16,068 nucleotides of DNA. Source: Candidatus Margulisiibacteriota bacterium. GTDB taxonomy: Bacteria; Margulisbacteria; WOR-1; O2-12-FULL-45-9. Below, piece by piece: positions 7,953 to 14,849 of the stretch (within the stretch, counting starts at the first letter, position 1; every line of letters begins with the position of its first letter). The notes below the pieces were generated by a model that saw only the letters and a list, made by a program, of their open reading frames with translations, made no database searches and was not told the origin of the DNA. The translations under genes were made by a program, and so were the position numbers. The stretch covers positions 1 to 16,068 of the forward strand of contig JBDRHP010000086.1 of the NCBI GenBank assembly GCA_043816785.1. The letters run 5' to 3'.

Positions 7953-8026
7953 TGGAACCTGAGACTAAACGTCTCGGTTCCATCAATCTAGAGAGTGAGG
8001 AGCCGAGAAGTTCATTCTCAGGCTCC
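7949..8026. repeat. Pair of related 28-bp palindromes in inverted orientation (REP doublet-like)
   Basis: 7954-7981 is GGAACCTGAGAC-TAAAC-GTCTCGGTTCC; the reverse complement of 7999-8026 is GGAGCCTGAGAA-TGAAC-TTCTCGGCTCC; 23/28 identical. Confidence 0.75.
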
Positions 8027-8048
8027 GAACGAAAAAGGAGGAGAATTT

Positions 8049-8282
8049 ATGAAAGCAGATGAGACTTTGGATTGTTTTGGGCTGCTGTGCCCCATGCCGA
8101 TAGTTAAGACAGCGGAGAAGATCAAGGCCATGAGAGTCGGCCAGGTGCTGGAAGTTGACGCGACTGATGTGGGGATCAAATCTGATATGCCGGCCTGGTG
8201 TAAGGCAACGGGGCAGGAGTACCTGGGGATCGAGGAAAAAGCCGCGGAATATAAAGTTTACGTGAAGAAGGTAAGGCAATGA
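8049..8282 (+). CDS. tusA: TusA family sulfur carrier
   Basis: MKADETLDCFGLLCPMP (CPxP), GQVLEVDATD and DMPAWC; 77 aa from ATG 8049 with an AGGAGG SD. Confidence 0.92.
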   Translation: MKADETLDCFGLLCPMPIVKTAEKIKAMRVGQVLEVDATDVGIKSDMPAWCKATGQEYLGIEEKAAEYKVYVKKVRQ

Positions 8283-9022
8283 CCTGGATATACACGTTAA
8301 CAGCGGTATTTATCGTCAGCCTGGTTTCGTTCATCGGGATTCTGACGATTGCGCTTAAGATGGAAGTCTTAAAAAAGATTGTCATGTTCCTGGTGAGTTT
8401 ATCAGCCGGAGCATTGTTGGGCGGGGCTTTCTTCCATCTTATCCCTGAAGCTGCGGAGGAATTCGGCTTTACTTTAAGATTGGGCGTTTTTATTCTTTCC
8501 GGGATACTGGTTTTCTTTGCCCTGGAAAAAATAATCTGCTGGCGCCACTGCCACATCCCGACCTCAAAGGACCATCCCCATCCAGTTGCTATTATGAACC
8601 TGATCGGCGACGCTTTTCACAATTTGATCGACGGCGCGATCATTGCGGCTTCATTTCTGGTCAGCTTCCCGCTAGGCGTCAGCACGACAGTGGCGGTGTT
8701 GCTCCATGAGATCCCGCAGGAGATCGGAGATTTTGGGGTTTTGGTCCATGGTGGTTTTGGCCGCTTCAAAGCGTTGCTGCTAAACTTTGCTTCAGCCCTG
8801 ACCTCGGTGCTTGGCGCGGTCCTGGTGTTATCCCTGAACGTCAAGGTTGAGACCATTGCCTGGTTCCTGGTGCCATTTACCGCGGGCGGATTTATCTACA
8901 TTGCCGGGTCTGACCTGATCCCTGAAATGAAAAAGGACATTGTTCCGCTTAATTCTTTAATTCAGATGTTCTTTCTGCTGTTAGGGCTGGCCATCATGCT
9001 GGCGCTGGTTGTTTTTGGATAG
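8279..9022 (+). CDS. ZIP family metal (Zn/Fe) transporter
   Basis: LSAGALLGGAFFHLIPEA, His-rich loop WRHCH..HPH, DAFHNLIDG, LHEIPQEIGDFG and GGFIYIAGSDLIPE. Confidence 0.93.
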   Translation: MTWIYTLTAVFIVSLVSFIGILTIALKMEVLKKIVMFLVSLSAGALLGGAFFHLIPEAAEEFGFTLRLGVFILSGILVFFALEKIICWRHCHIPTSKDHPHPVAIMNLIGDAFHNLIDGAIIAASFLVSFPLGVSTTVAVLLHEIPQEIGDFGVLVHGGFGRFKALLLNFASALTSVLGAVLVLSLNVKVETIAWFLVPFTAGGFIYIAGSDLIPEMKKDIVPLNSLIQMFFLLLGLAIMLALVVFG

Positions 9023-9902
9023 GGGCAATCTCGAACTTCTTTTCTAACTTCAGGGGGTAATAAGAAAGCTTGGCTTTCCGCAGCCCCGGGATTCCCAGGT
9101 CCTGCTCAAGATTGATATGAGTAAAATTTTGGAAGGTCTTGTTGCAGGCCTCCCAGAGCAGGGTTTGGAATATTCCCCGCAGAGCAGGGTGGGCATACTG
9201 GAAATGGGCGGAAACCGTTCTTTTGTTAAGCTGGCTGCCGATCATGAACCCCTTTACTTTTTTATCAATAAGCAAAGCGCTACCAATCATTTTTAAATCA
9301 TCATAATATTTAAAGGCTTTTTCCAGGGCGGTTTTTTGGGAGGTGTGGGCCAGCCTGGGGAAGTAGCGCGATTCCTGCCTGACGGCAAACCATTCCTCAA
9401 AAAGCTCCAGGCAGCCGTTTTTCAGTTCCGGCGCCAGAGGCAGATACTCATAGCCCGGATGGCGGCGCTTAAAATTCTTGATATGATTGCGTTTGCCGTC
9501 AAACTTCCTGCCTTTAAGCTCAGCCAAAACCTTGGTTTCGTAGAGATAATCAAACTGATCTCGCAAACAGGTAACACGGATGCGCAGCAGGGAAAGTTTC
9601 CCGGTGAAACTTTCAGTGGCGCGGGAGATCTTACCGCAGTGTTTAAGGCATTCCTCAACTGTTTCCAGGGGCAGGTTCTCGCCAAGCGGCTCCAGGAAAA
9701 AAGGGGATTCGTTCAAGGGAGTTATCAGCAGGCACAGGTTCCCGTTAATTAAAGTGATCTTGGGCCGGTCAAAATCTTTCCAGATCATTAAGTTGGCCGG
9801 CGAGAATTCGCAGATGTTGGGCTCCGTGTCTTTTAGGTGCTTCTTGACCTGATCAAGGTTTTCAAATTCCAGGGATTTAAATTTGGGATATTCAGGCGGC
9901 AT
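8994..9902 (-). CDS. DUF2156 protein (aminoacyl-phosphatidylglycerol synthase C-terminal-like domain, stand-alone)
   Basis: CEFSPANLMIW, RDQFDYLY, LKGRKFDGKRNHIKNF and INLEQDLGIPGLRKAKLSYYP are family motifs. Confidence 0.88.
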   Translation of the reverse strand: MPPEYPKFKSLEFENLDQVKKHLKDTEPNICEFSPANLMIWKDFDRPKITLINGNLCLLITPLNESPFFLEPLGENLPLETVEECLKHCGKISRATESFTGKLSLLRIRVTCLRDQFDYLYETKVLAELKGRKFDGKRNHIKNFKRRHPGYEYLPLAPELKNGCLELFEEWFAVRQESRYFPRLAHTSQKTALEKAFKYYDDLKMIGSALLIDKKVKGFMIGSQLNKRTVSAHFQYAHPALRGIFQTLLWEACNKTFQNFTHINLEQDLGIPGLRKAKLSYYPLKLEKKFEIAPIQKQPAPA

Positions 9903-10305
9903 GTTTTATCATGGTAACGCATTTATCAGAAAAACATTCTTCGCAAATGTAGCGGCCTTTAGAAGGCAGGTCGGCTGGTTTTTCCTGCGTGGTCTCAAAG
10001 CCGAACTTTTTGAAGAAATCAGGGATGACGGTGTATAGATAGGTGTCTTTATCTGTGGTTGCCAGCGCTTTTGAGATCAATTCTTTAGCAATGCCGTGGC
10101 TTTGCTCAGTTTTAACCACGCCAACTGAGCTTAAGAACGCTATCTTGCCATAGGTGGCTAATTGAGCCATTCCAATGATCTTCTGGCCTTTTTCCGCCAC
10201 CCAAAAATCAGTTAACGATAAAGTGGGGTAGTAAAGATTGAGGTCTTTTGAGATCTTTAAGATCTGGGGGTTATCTTTATCCGTTGCCAAGCGAATAGTT
10301 GTCAT
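9892..10305 (-). CDS. GNAT family N-acetyltransferase (ArgA-like short form)
   Basis: Start reassigned to ATG 10305 (MTTIRLAT). FWVAE..KIIG, LSSVGV..QSHGIAKELI (acetyl-CoA motif A), YLYTVIPDFFKKFGF; C-terminal CEEC...C. Confidence 0.85.
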   Translation of the reverse strand: MTTIRLATDKDNPQILKISKDLNLYYPTLSLTDFWVAEKGQKIIGMAQLATYGKIAFLSSVGVVKTEQSHGIAKELISKALATTDKDTYLYTVIPDFFKKFGFETTQEKPADLPSKGRYICEECFSDKCVTMIKHAA

Positions 10306-10337
10306 AACGCTGGTTATTTTAGCATTATGGAGTACCC

Positions 10338-10370
10338 TTGACAAATGTAGCTGGTTCGCTACACTTTGTC
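10338..10370 (+). promoter_or_regulatory. Sigma70 promoter overlapped by an inverted repeat
   Basis: TTGACA (10338-10343), 16-nt spacer, TACACT (10360-10365); inverted repeat GACAAATGTAGC-tggttc-GCTACA(c)TTTGTC at 10340-10370. Confidence 0.55.
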
Positions 10371-10387
10371 TAAAGGAAAACGACACC

Positions 10388-10918
10388 ATGAAAAGAAAGA
10401 GCAAAAAAAATCTAAAAAGACTGGCGTTTTTTGCTGGGTTTTCGGTTGTTATTTTGGTGGTTTTGGCCAGTTTTTATTTAGGCAGAAGATCTGCTGAGCA
10501 GGAGCAGCCAAGTATCACTTTGACTGACGGCAAGGTAGCGGTCAAGCTCTACTATTATAATAAGCTAAAGGATAAGCTCAGGACTTTTGATCCCAAATTT
10601 GTTTTGCCGGTGGAACGGAGAATTCCCCGCGGCAAAGCCCCGATCCAGGATACGATCAAGTTACTGCTCCAGGGTAAACTGCGCTGGCAGGAAAAATCAG
10701 CTGGTTTTGACACTGAATTCCCGAATCCAGAGTTTAAGTTGTTGACTGTCAAACTAAAAGACGGAGTCCTGACCTTAAAATTTACTGATGTGCCTGGATT
10801 CACCAGCGGTGGAGCCAGTCGGGTGGGGTTGCTGGCCGCTCAAATTAAGAAGACTGCTTTGCAATTTCCTCAGGTTAAAGAAGTTAGGATCATTCCCGAA
10901 TACCTTTTTCAGCCCTAA
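10388..10918 (+). CDS. GerMN-domain membrane-anchored protein
   Basis: Start reassigned to ATG 10388 (AAGGA SD). Basic N-terminus plus one TM helix; VKLYYY, VLPVERRIP, IKLLLQG, GGASRV..AQIKKTALQFPQVKEVRI. Confidence 0.85.
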   Translation: MKRKSKKNLKRLAFFAGFSVVILVVLASFYLGRRSAEQEQPSITLTDGKVAVKLYYYNKLKDKLRTFDPKFVLPVERRIPRGKAPIQDTIKLLLQGKLRWQEKSAGFDTEFPNPEFKLLTVKLKDGVLTLKFTDVPGFTSGGASRVGLLAAQIKKTALQFPQVKEVRIIPEYLFQP

Positions 10919-11598
10919 TGAAGTATACGGAAATAATAAAAAAGCTAAAATCCAAGTCCAACCCCCAAAATATTGAAGGGATGGCACGCTTTGGAATTAA
11001 CCCGAAAAATAATCTCGGCTTAAGCGTGACAACCATCAGAAAGATCGCCAAAGGAATGGAAAAAGATCACGAATTGGCCCGGCGGCTTTGGGCCTCTGGT
11101 ATTCGTGATGCCCGAATGCTGGCTTGTTTGATCGAGAAAATCCCTTTGGTCACGGAAAAACAGGCTGATCACTGGGTCAAGGACTTTGACTCCTGGGATC
11201 TGTGCGACCATGCCTGCGGCAATCTTTTCGATCGGACAAAGTTCGCCTATAAAAAAGTGGGGCAGTGGGGGAAAAGCAAAAAAGAATTTATCAAGCGGGC
11301 GGGATTTGCTCTATTGGCCTGGCTGGCTGTGCATGATAAGCAGGCTGAGGATAAGAAGTTCCTGAAGTTTTTGCCGCTCATAAGGAAAGCTTCTACGGAT
11401 GAGAGGAACTATGTAAAAAAAGCGGTTAACTGGGCCCTGCGATGTATTGGTAAGCGAAATCTCAAGTTAAATCTGGCTGCGCTTAAGGCCGCCAGAGAAA
11501 TCCAGAAGATAAATTCTAAAGCTGCCCGATGGAATGCCGGTGACACCTTGCGGGAATTAACCTCAAAACAGGTCCTCAAAAGGCTCCGCAAGAAATAA
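10918..11598 (+). CDS. DNA alkylation repair protein (AlkD-like HEAT-repeat glycosylase family)
   Basis: MARFGI, HELARRLW, DARMLA, DFDSWDLCD, EFIKRAGF and DERNYVKKAVNWALRCIGKRN; TAATG coupling to the upstream gene. Confidence 0.9.
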   Translation: MKYTEIIKKLKSKSNPQNIEGMARFGINPKNNLGLSVTTIRKIAKGMEKDHELARRLWASGIRDARMLACLIEKIPLVTEKQADHWVKDFDSWDLCDHACGNLFDRTKFAYKKVGQWGKSKKEFIKRAGFALLAWLAVHDKQAEDKKFLKFLPLIRKASTDERNYVKKAVNWALRCIGKRNLKLNLAALKAAREIQKINSKAARWNAGDTLRELTSKQVLKRLRKK

Positions 11599-11622
11599 TT
11601 TCTAGAATTCTCTAAAAAGGCC

Positions 11623-11660
11623 TTGACAAACTTCTTAAATAGGTATAATTTGTACCTATT
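11623..11660 (+). promoter_or_regulatory. rrf2 promoter with a palindromic operator
   Basis: TTGACA at 11623-11628 and TATAAT at 11644-11649 (short 15-nt spacer; TAATTT at 17 nt is an alternative). Perfect inverted repeat AATAGGTA-N7-TACCTATT at 11638-11660 abuts the ATG. Confidence 0.7.
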
Positions 11661-12062
11661 ATGCAGATAACAAGAGCCTCTGATTACGCGATCCGCCTGT
11701 TGGCCCATCTGGCAGCCGGGGAGGTGGAGACGACAAGCCAAACCTTATCAAATGAACTTGGCGTGCCTTTGAACCATTTGGCTAAACTGGTCCAGAATCT
11801 GGCCCGGCGCGGCTATTTGATCACCCGCAAGGGCAAGGGCGGCGGCTTACGTTTGGCTGTTGACCCTAAAAAGATCAATCTGGCTCAGGTAATTGAGGCA
11901 ATTGAAGGCCCGATCATGATCAATAAATGTCTTTTTCACAGTCAAAGCTGCCGCTTCAGCAGAAAGTGTAAAGTCAGGAAATGTTTGGGCGGAGTGCAGG
12001 GCAAGATCCAGGAAATGCTGGCCAGCACAACTATTTTTGACATGGCGCTTCAATATAGCTAA
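11661..12062 (+). CDS. Rrf2 family transcriptional regulator, likely Fe-S binding
   Basis: MQITRASDYAIR, HLAKLVQNL, RKGKGGGLRLA, INLAQVIEAIEG; C-x6-C-x5-C cluster. Confidence 0.95.
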   Translation: MQITRASDYAIRLLAHLAAGEVETTSQTLSNELGVPLNHLAKLVQNLARRGYLITRKGKGGGLRLAVDPKKINLAQVIEAIEGPIMINKCLFHSQSCRFSRKCKVRKCLGGVQGKIQEMLASTTIFDMALQYS

Positions 12063-12078
12063 GAAAGGGGGTGAATTT

Positions 12079-12375
12079 ATGATACTCGAAGAATTAAATG
12101 TCTTTTTGGAGAATAATCCACAAGTAGAATGGGCCCAGGATGATGACGGCACTCTATATCTTAGACACTCGGTCTTTGATAAGGAGCACGAAAAGATCAA
12201 GATTGAACCCGGGGCGCTAGCCAATCTAACTTCGGAAAAGCTGGAGCAGGTATTGATCGGCGGCCGCAACGTTGAGCACATTACCCGCGTCACTGGTTAT
12301 TTCTCAAGGATCTCTGGTTGGAATAAAGGCAAGAAGGGAGAATTAGCAGATAGACATCGAATGAATATTTTGTAA
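12079..12375 (+). CDS. Small protein carrying the class III ribonucleotide reductase (NrdD) C-terminal glycyl-radical motif
   Basis: 98 aa from ATG 12079 (GGGGGTG SD); ends VEHITRVTGYFSRISGWNKGKKGELADRHR, the NrdD RxxGY...WNxGKxxExxDR signature. Confidence 0.85.
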   Translation: MILEELNVFLENNPQVEWAQDDDGTLYLRHSVFDKEHEKIKIEPGALANLTSEKLEQVLIGGRNVEHITRVTGYFSRISGWNKGKKGELADRHRMNIL

Positions 12376-12398
12376 TCTACTTGAAAGATAAATATGAT
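12370..12398 (+). promoter_or_regulatory. Putative sigma70 promoter for trxB-like and VIT genes
   Basis: TTGTAA-N17-TATGAT; supports ATG 12417 over TTG 12381. Confidence 0.5.
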
Positions 12399-12416
12399 TT
12401 AGTTAAGATAGGCGAT

Positions 12417-13319
12417 ATGAAGGACTTAATTATTATCGGAGCTGGTCCAGCGGGCATAACCGCTGCGGTCTACGCTGCCAGAAAAAAGCTGGATTTCGCA
12501 GTTATCTCCAGGGATATTGGCGGTCAAACTGCCTGGTCGCTGGAAGTTGAGAATTACACGGGCTATCAATTCATTCCCGGGCCTGAACTGGCCATGAAGT
12601 TCCGCGAGCATTTGGAAAAGTTTGATTTTGAGTTGCGCGAGGGCGAGAGCGTAAAAACAATCGAGAAAACCGGCCAAATCTTTAAAGTCACTACCACTAA
12701 GGGAGATGTTCTCGAAAGCAAGGCAGTTATTGTTGCCACGGGCAAGCGGCCGAAATTACTCGGCGTGCCGGGCGAAGGAAAGTTTAAGGGCAAAGGCCTG
12801 ACCTATTGTGCCACCTGCGACGGCCCGCTTTTTACCGGAAAAAACGTCGCAGTGATCGGCGGCGGCAATTCCGGGCTGGATGCCACCATGCAGCTGATGC
12901 GGCTGGCAAAAAAAGTTTATCTGATCAATAGCGTGGATAAGCTTACCGGTGATCCAATTATGCAGGAGAGGATCGCTCAGGCTGTAAATGTCGAGGTCAT
13001 AAATTCAGCCAAAGTCCTGCAAATATCCGGCGAGCAATTTGTTAAGGCGCTCAAGGTTGAGATTAATGGCCAGGAACGGGACCTGCCGGTCGAAGGCATT
13101 TTTGTGGAAATAGGGCTGGTGCCAAATTCAAAATTCGTTGACCTGGCGGAGAAGAACGAGCGCGGGGAGATCGTTGTTAACGCCGCAGCAGAAACTTCTG
13201 TTGAAGGACTCTTTGCCGCAGGCGATGTTACCAATGTTCCTGAAAAACAGATCATTGTAGCAGGTGGGGAAGGGGCCAAGGCGACCTTGACGGCTTTTAA
13301 ATATCTTTCTACCCATTAA
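12417..13319 (+). CDS. trxB: Thioredoxin reductase / AhpF C-terminal-like FAD disulfide reductase
   Basis: IIGAGPAG, VENYTG, IVATG, redox motif CATCDG, VIGGGNSG, GLFAAGD and KQIIVAGGEGAKA. Confidence 0.9.
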   Translation: MKDLIIIGAGPAGITAAVYAARKKLDFAVISRDIGGQTAWSLEVENYTGYQFIPGPELAMKFREHLEKFDFELREGESVKTIEKTGQIFKVTTTKGDVLESKAVIVATGKRPKLLGVPGEGKFKGKGLTYCATCDGPLFTGKNVAVIGGGNSGLDATMQLMRLAKKVYLINSVDKLTGDPIMQERIAQAVNVEVINSAKVLQISGEQFVKALKVEINGQERDLPVEGIFVEIGLVPNSKFVDLAEKNERGEIVVNAAAETSVEGLFAAGDVTNVPEKQIIVAGGEGAKATLTAFKYLSTH

Positions 13320-13331
13320 AGGATTTTGATC

Positions 13332-14207
13332 ATGCCCAAAGTTGATGAACAAACACAAAATATTGTAAAAATATTTCAGCGCAATGAGATAACCGAGTAT
13401 TTTATCTACGAAAAACTGGCATCCTTGGAAAAGGATCAGAACAATAAAGAGGTTTTGTTAAGAATTTCTCTAGATGAGCTGCGGCATTATGGTGTTTGGA
13501 AAGTTTATAGTGGCGGAGATGTTGCTCCTAGCCGTTTTAAGATCTGGTGGTATGTGTCCATTGCCAGAATTTTTGGCGTAACTTTTGGGATAAAATTGAT
13601 GGAATCAGGAGAAGAGGGGGCCCAAGCTGCTTATGGCGAAATTGCGAAAGTGATCCCTGAGGCGGACAGTATCAAAAACGATGAAAACCAGCATGAAAAT
13701 GAACTGATCGCCATGATCGATGAGGAAAGATTGAAATATATTGGTTCAGTGGTCCTGGGGTTAAACGACGCACTAGTTGAGCTGACGGGAACTCTGGCAG
13801 GCTTAACCTTTGCTTTGCAAAATGCCAAGTTAGTCGGGGTTGCGGGTTTGATCACAGGGATTGCTGCTTCGCTTTCTATGGCAGCCTCAGAATATCTTTC
13901 AACCAAGGTGGAGGAAGGGGAGAAGAACCCGCTTAAAGCTTCTTTTTATACTGGCACGGCTTATGTATTAGCGGTTACAGTCTTGATCTTGCCGTTCTTA
14001 TTATTGGGCAATCCTTTTATCTCATTAGGCCTGGCGTTGACCAGCGCCATCCTTTTGATCCTGGTCTTTACTTTTTACTTTTCGGTTGTTAGAGGAGTTT
14101 CGTTTAAGAAGCGTTTTACGGAAATGGTCGTTATAAGCCTGGGAGTAGCTGGCCTAAGTTTTATTATCGGCCTGGCGGTCAGGCAATTTTTGGGAATAGA
14201 TATTTAG
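13332..14207 (+). CDS. Ferritin-like/rubrerythrin domain fused to a VIT1/CCC1 transporter (MbfA-like architecture)
   Basis: N-terminal NE..Y, DELRH and DENQHE di-iron-type motifs; C-terminal VLGLNDALVE and ASLSMAASEYLS plus about five TM segments. Confidence 0.9.
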   Translation: MPKVDEQTQNIVKIFQRNEITEYFIYEKLASLEKDQNNKEVLLRISLDELRHYGVWKVYSGGDVAPSRFKIWWYVSIARIFGVTFGIKLMESGEEGAQAAYGEIAKVIPEADSIKNDENQHENELIAMIDEERLKYIGSVVLGLNDALVELTGTLAGLTFALQNAKLVGVAGLITGIAASLSMAASEYLSTKVEEGEKNPLKASFYTGTAYVLAVTVLILPFLLLGNPFISLGLALTSAILLILVFTFYFSVVRGVSFKKRFTEMVVISLGVAGLSFIIGLAVRQFLGIDI

Positions 14208-14734
14208 CCTTCAACGATCCAGCGTTCTTCTTTTTTAAACCAGTCGCCGGGATTGTTTAAGTATTGTAAGGTATCTTCCAGGATATCATAATGTTCCCTT
14301 TCTTCCTGGGCCAGGGCAGCGTAGAATTTTTTAGTGGTTTCATCACTGTTTTCTTTGGATATTGTGTCGTAGAGGTTGTAGCTGTCACGCTCCAGGCCTT
14401 CAGCAACTACATAAGCCTTGTTAATATCGGACGGGGTCTTGAATTTCATGTTCAGATCGTTTTTGAGTTTCAGGAGGATCGGTCTCAGCAATTCTTCTTT
14501 CTTGGGCGGGATGGCAACGCCTTTGAGCCAGTCGCTTTTTAGTTTGCTTTCGCCGGTTAAATTCTTATAAAACTCGGTTATTTTAGCTAAATGCTCGGCC
14601 TCTCTGTCAGCTAAGCTTAACAGGGTAGCCTGGGCCAGGGGGTTGCTGGTTTTTGCGGCAGACCCGGAATAGAAGTCGTAACCATTTTTCTCCAGTTCGA
14701 TCGCCAGCTTGGTGTCCGCAATAAGATTGTTCAT
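14204..14734 (-). CDS. Ferritin-like (rubrerythrin-domain) protein
   Basis: Two repeats of AxxLE..Y..Y...LAxxExxH (AIELEKNGYDFY..LADREAEH; AEGLERDSYNLY..LAQEEREH). Start ATG 14734 with a GGAGG SD. Confidence 0.9.
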   Translation of the reverse strand: MNNLIADTKLAIELEKNGYDFYSGSAAKTSNPLAQATLLSLADREAEHLAKITEFYKNLTGESKLKSDWLKGVAIPPKKEELLRPILLKLKNDLNMKFKTPSDINKAYVVAEGLERDSYNLYDTISKENSDETTKKFYAALAQEEREHYDILEDTLQYLNNPGDWFKKEERWIVEG

Positions 14735-14753
14735 TTTGTGCACCTCCAGCTGG

Positions 14754-14822
14754 ATTTTAGCAAGGTAAGGGGAAATAGGCAAGGTGGAACAAGTTGAGCA
14801 ATGATAATGGATGGTGTAAGAT
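14754..14822. promoter_or_regulatory. Divergent sigma70 promoters for the ferritin-like gene and the dfx operon
   Basis: Minus strand: TTGCCT-N17-TAAAAT with extended TG (14782-14754). Plus strand: TTGAGC-N17-TAAGAT (14794-14822). Confidence 0.5.
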
Positions 14823-14849
14823 TATTAAGGGTAAATAGGAGGTAATATC

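Noticed and set aside
7950..7991. TGA at the end of dsrE2 followed immediately by a hairpin, suggesting selenocysteine readthrough
   Set aside because: DsrE2 proteins normally end at this FI motif, the TGA does not align to a catalytic Cys, and readthrough would add only 13 residues before a TAG. The hairpin is better explained as part of the palindrome doublet.
7949..8026. Hairpins as intrinsic terminators or a mini CRISPR
   Set aside because: No U-tract follows on the coding strand, and there are only two units, inverted, with a 17-nt gap and no cas genes.
8994..9022. 29-nt convergent overlap of the ZIP and DUF2156 genes (also 4 nt at 14204-14207)
   Set aside because: Short tail-to-tail overlaps are common in compact genomes; nothing here indicates antisense regulation.
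8031..12081. Similar sequences before tusA (AAAGGAGGAGAATTTATG) and the NrdD-tail gene (AAAGGGGGTGAATTTATG)
   Set aside because: Explained by ordinary strong Shine-Dalgarno sites with AT-rich spacers, not a repeat element.
12079..12375. nrdD pseudogene remnant
   Set aside because: It has its own strong SD and ATG, a clean frame, an N-terminus unlike the NrdD Zn ribbon, and an intact rrf2 directly upstream rather than decayed nrdD sequence.
14799..14828. Possible Fur/PerR box (AATGATAAT) in the dfx promoter
   Set aside because: Only a half-site; the second half is not palindromic, so it cannot be supported.
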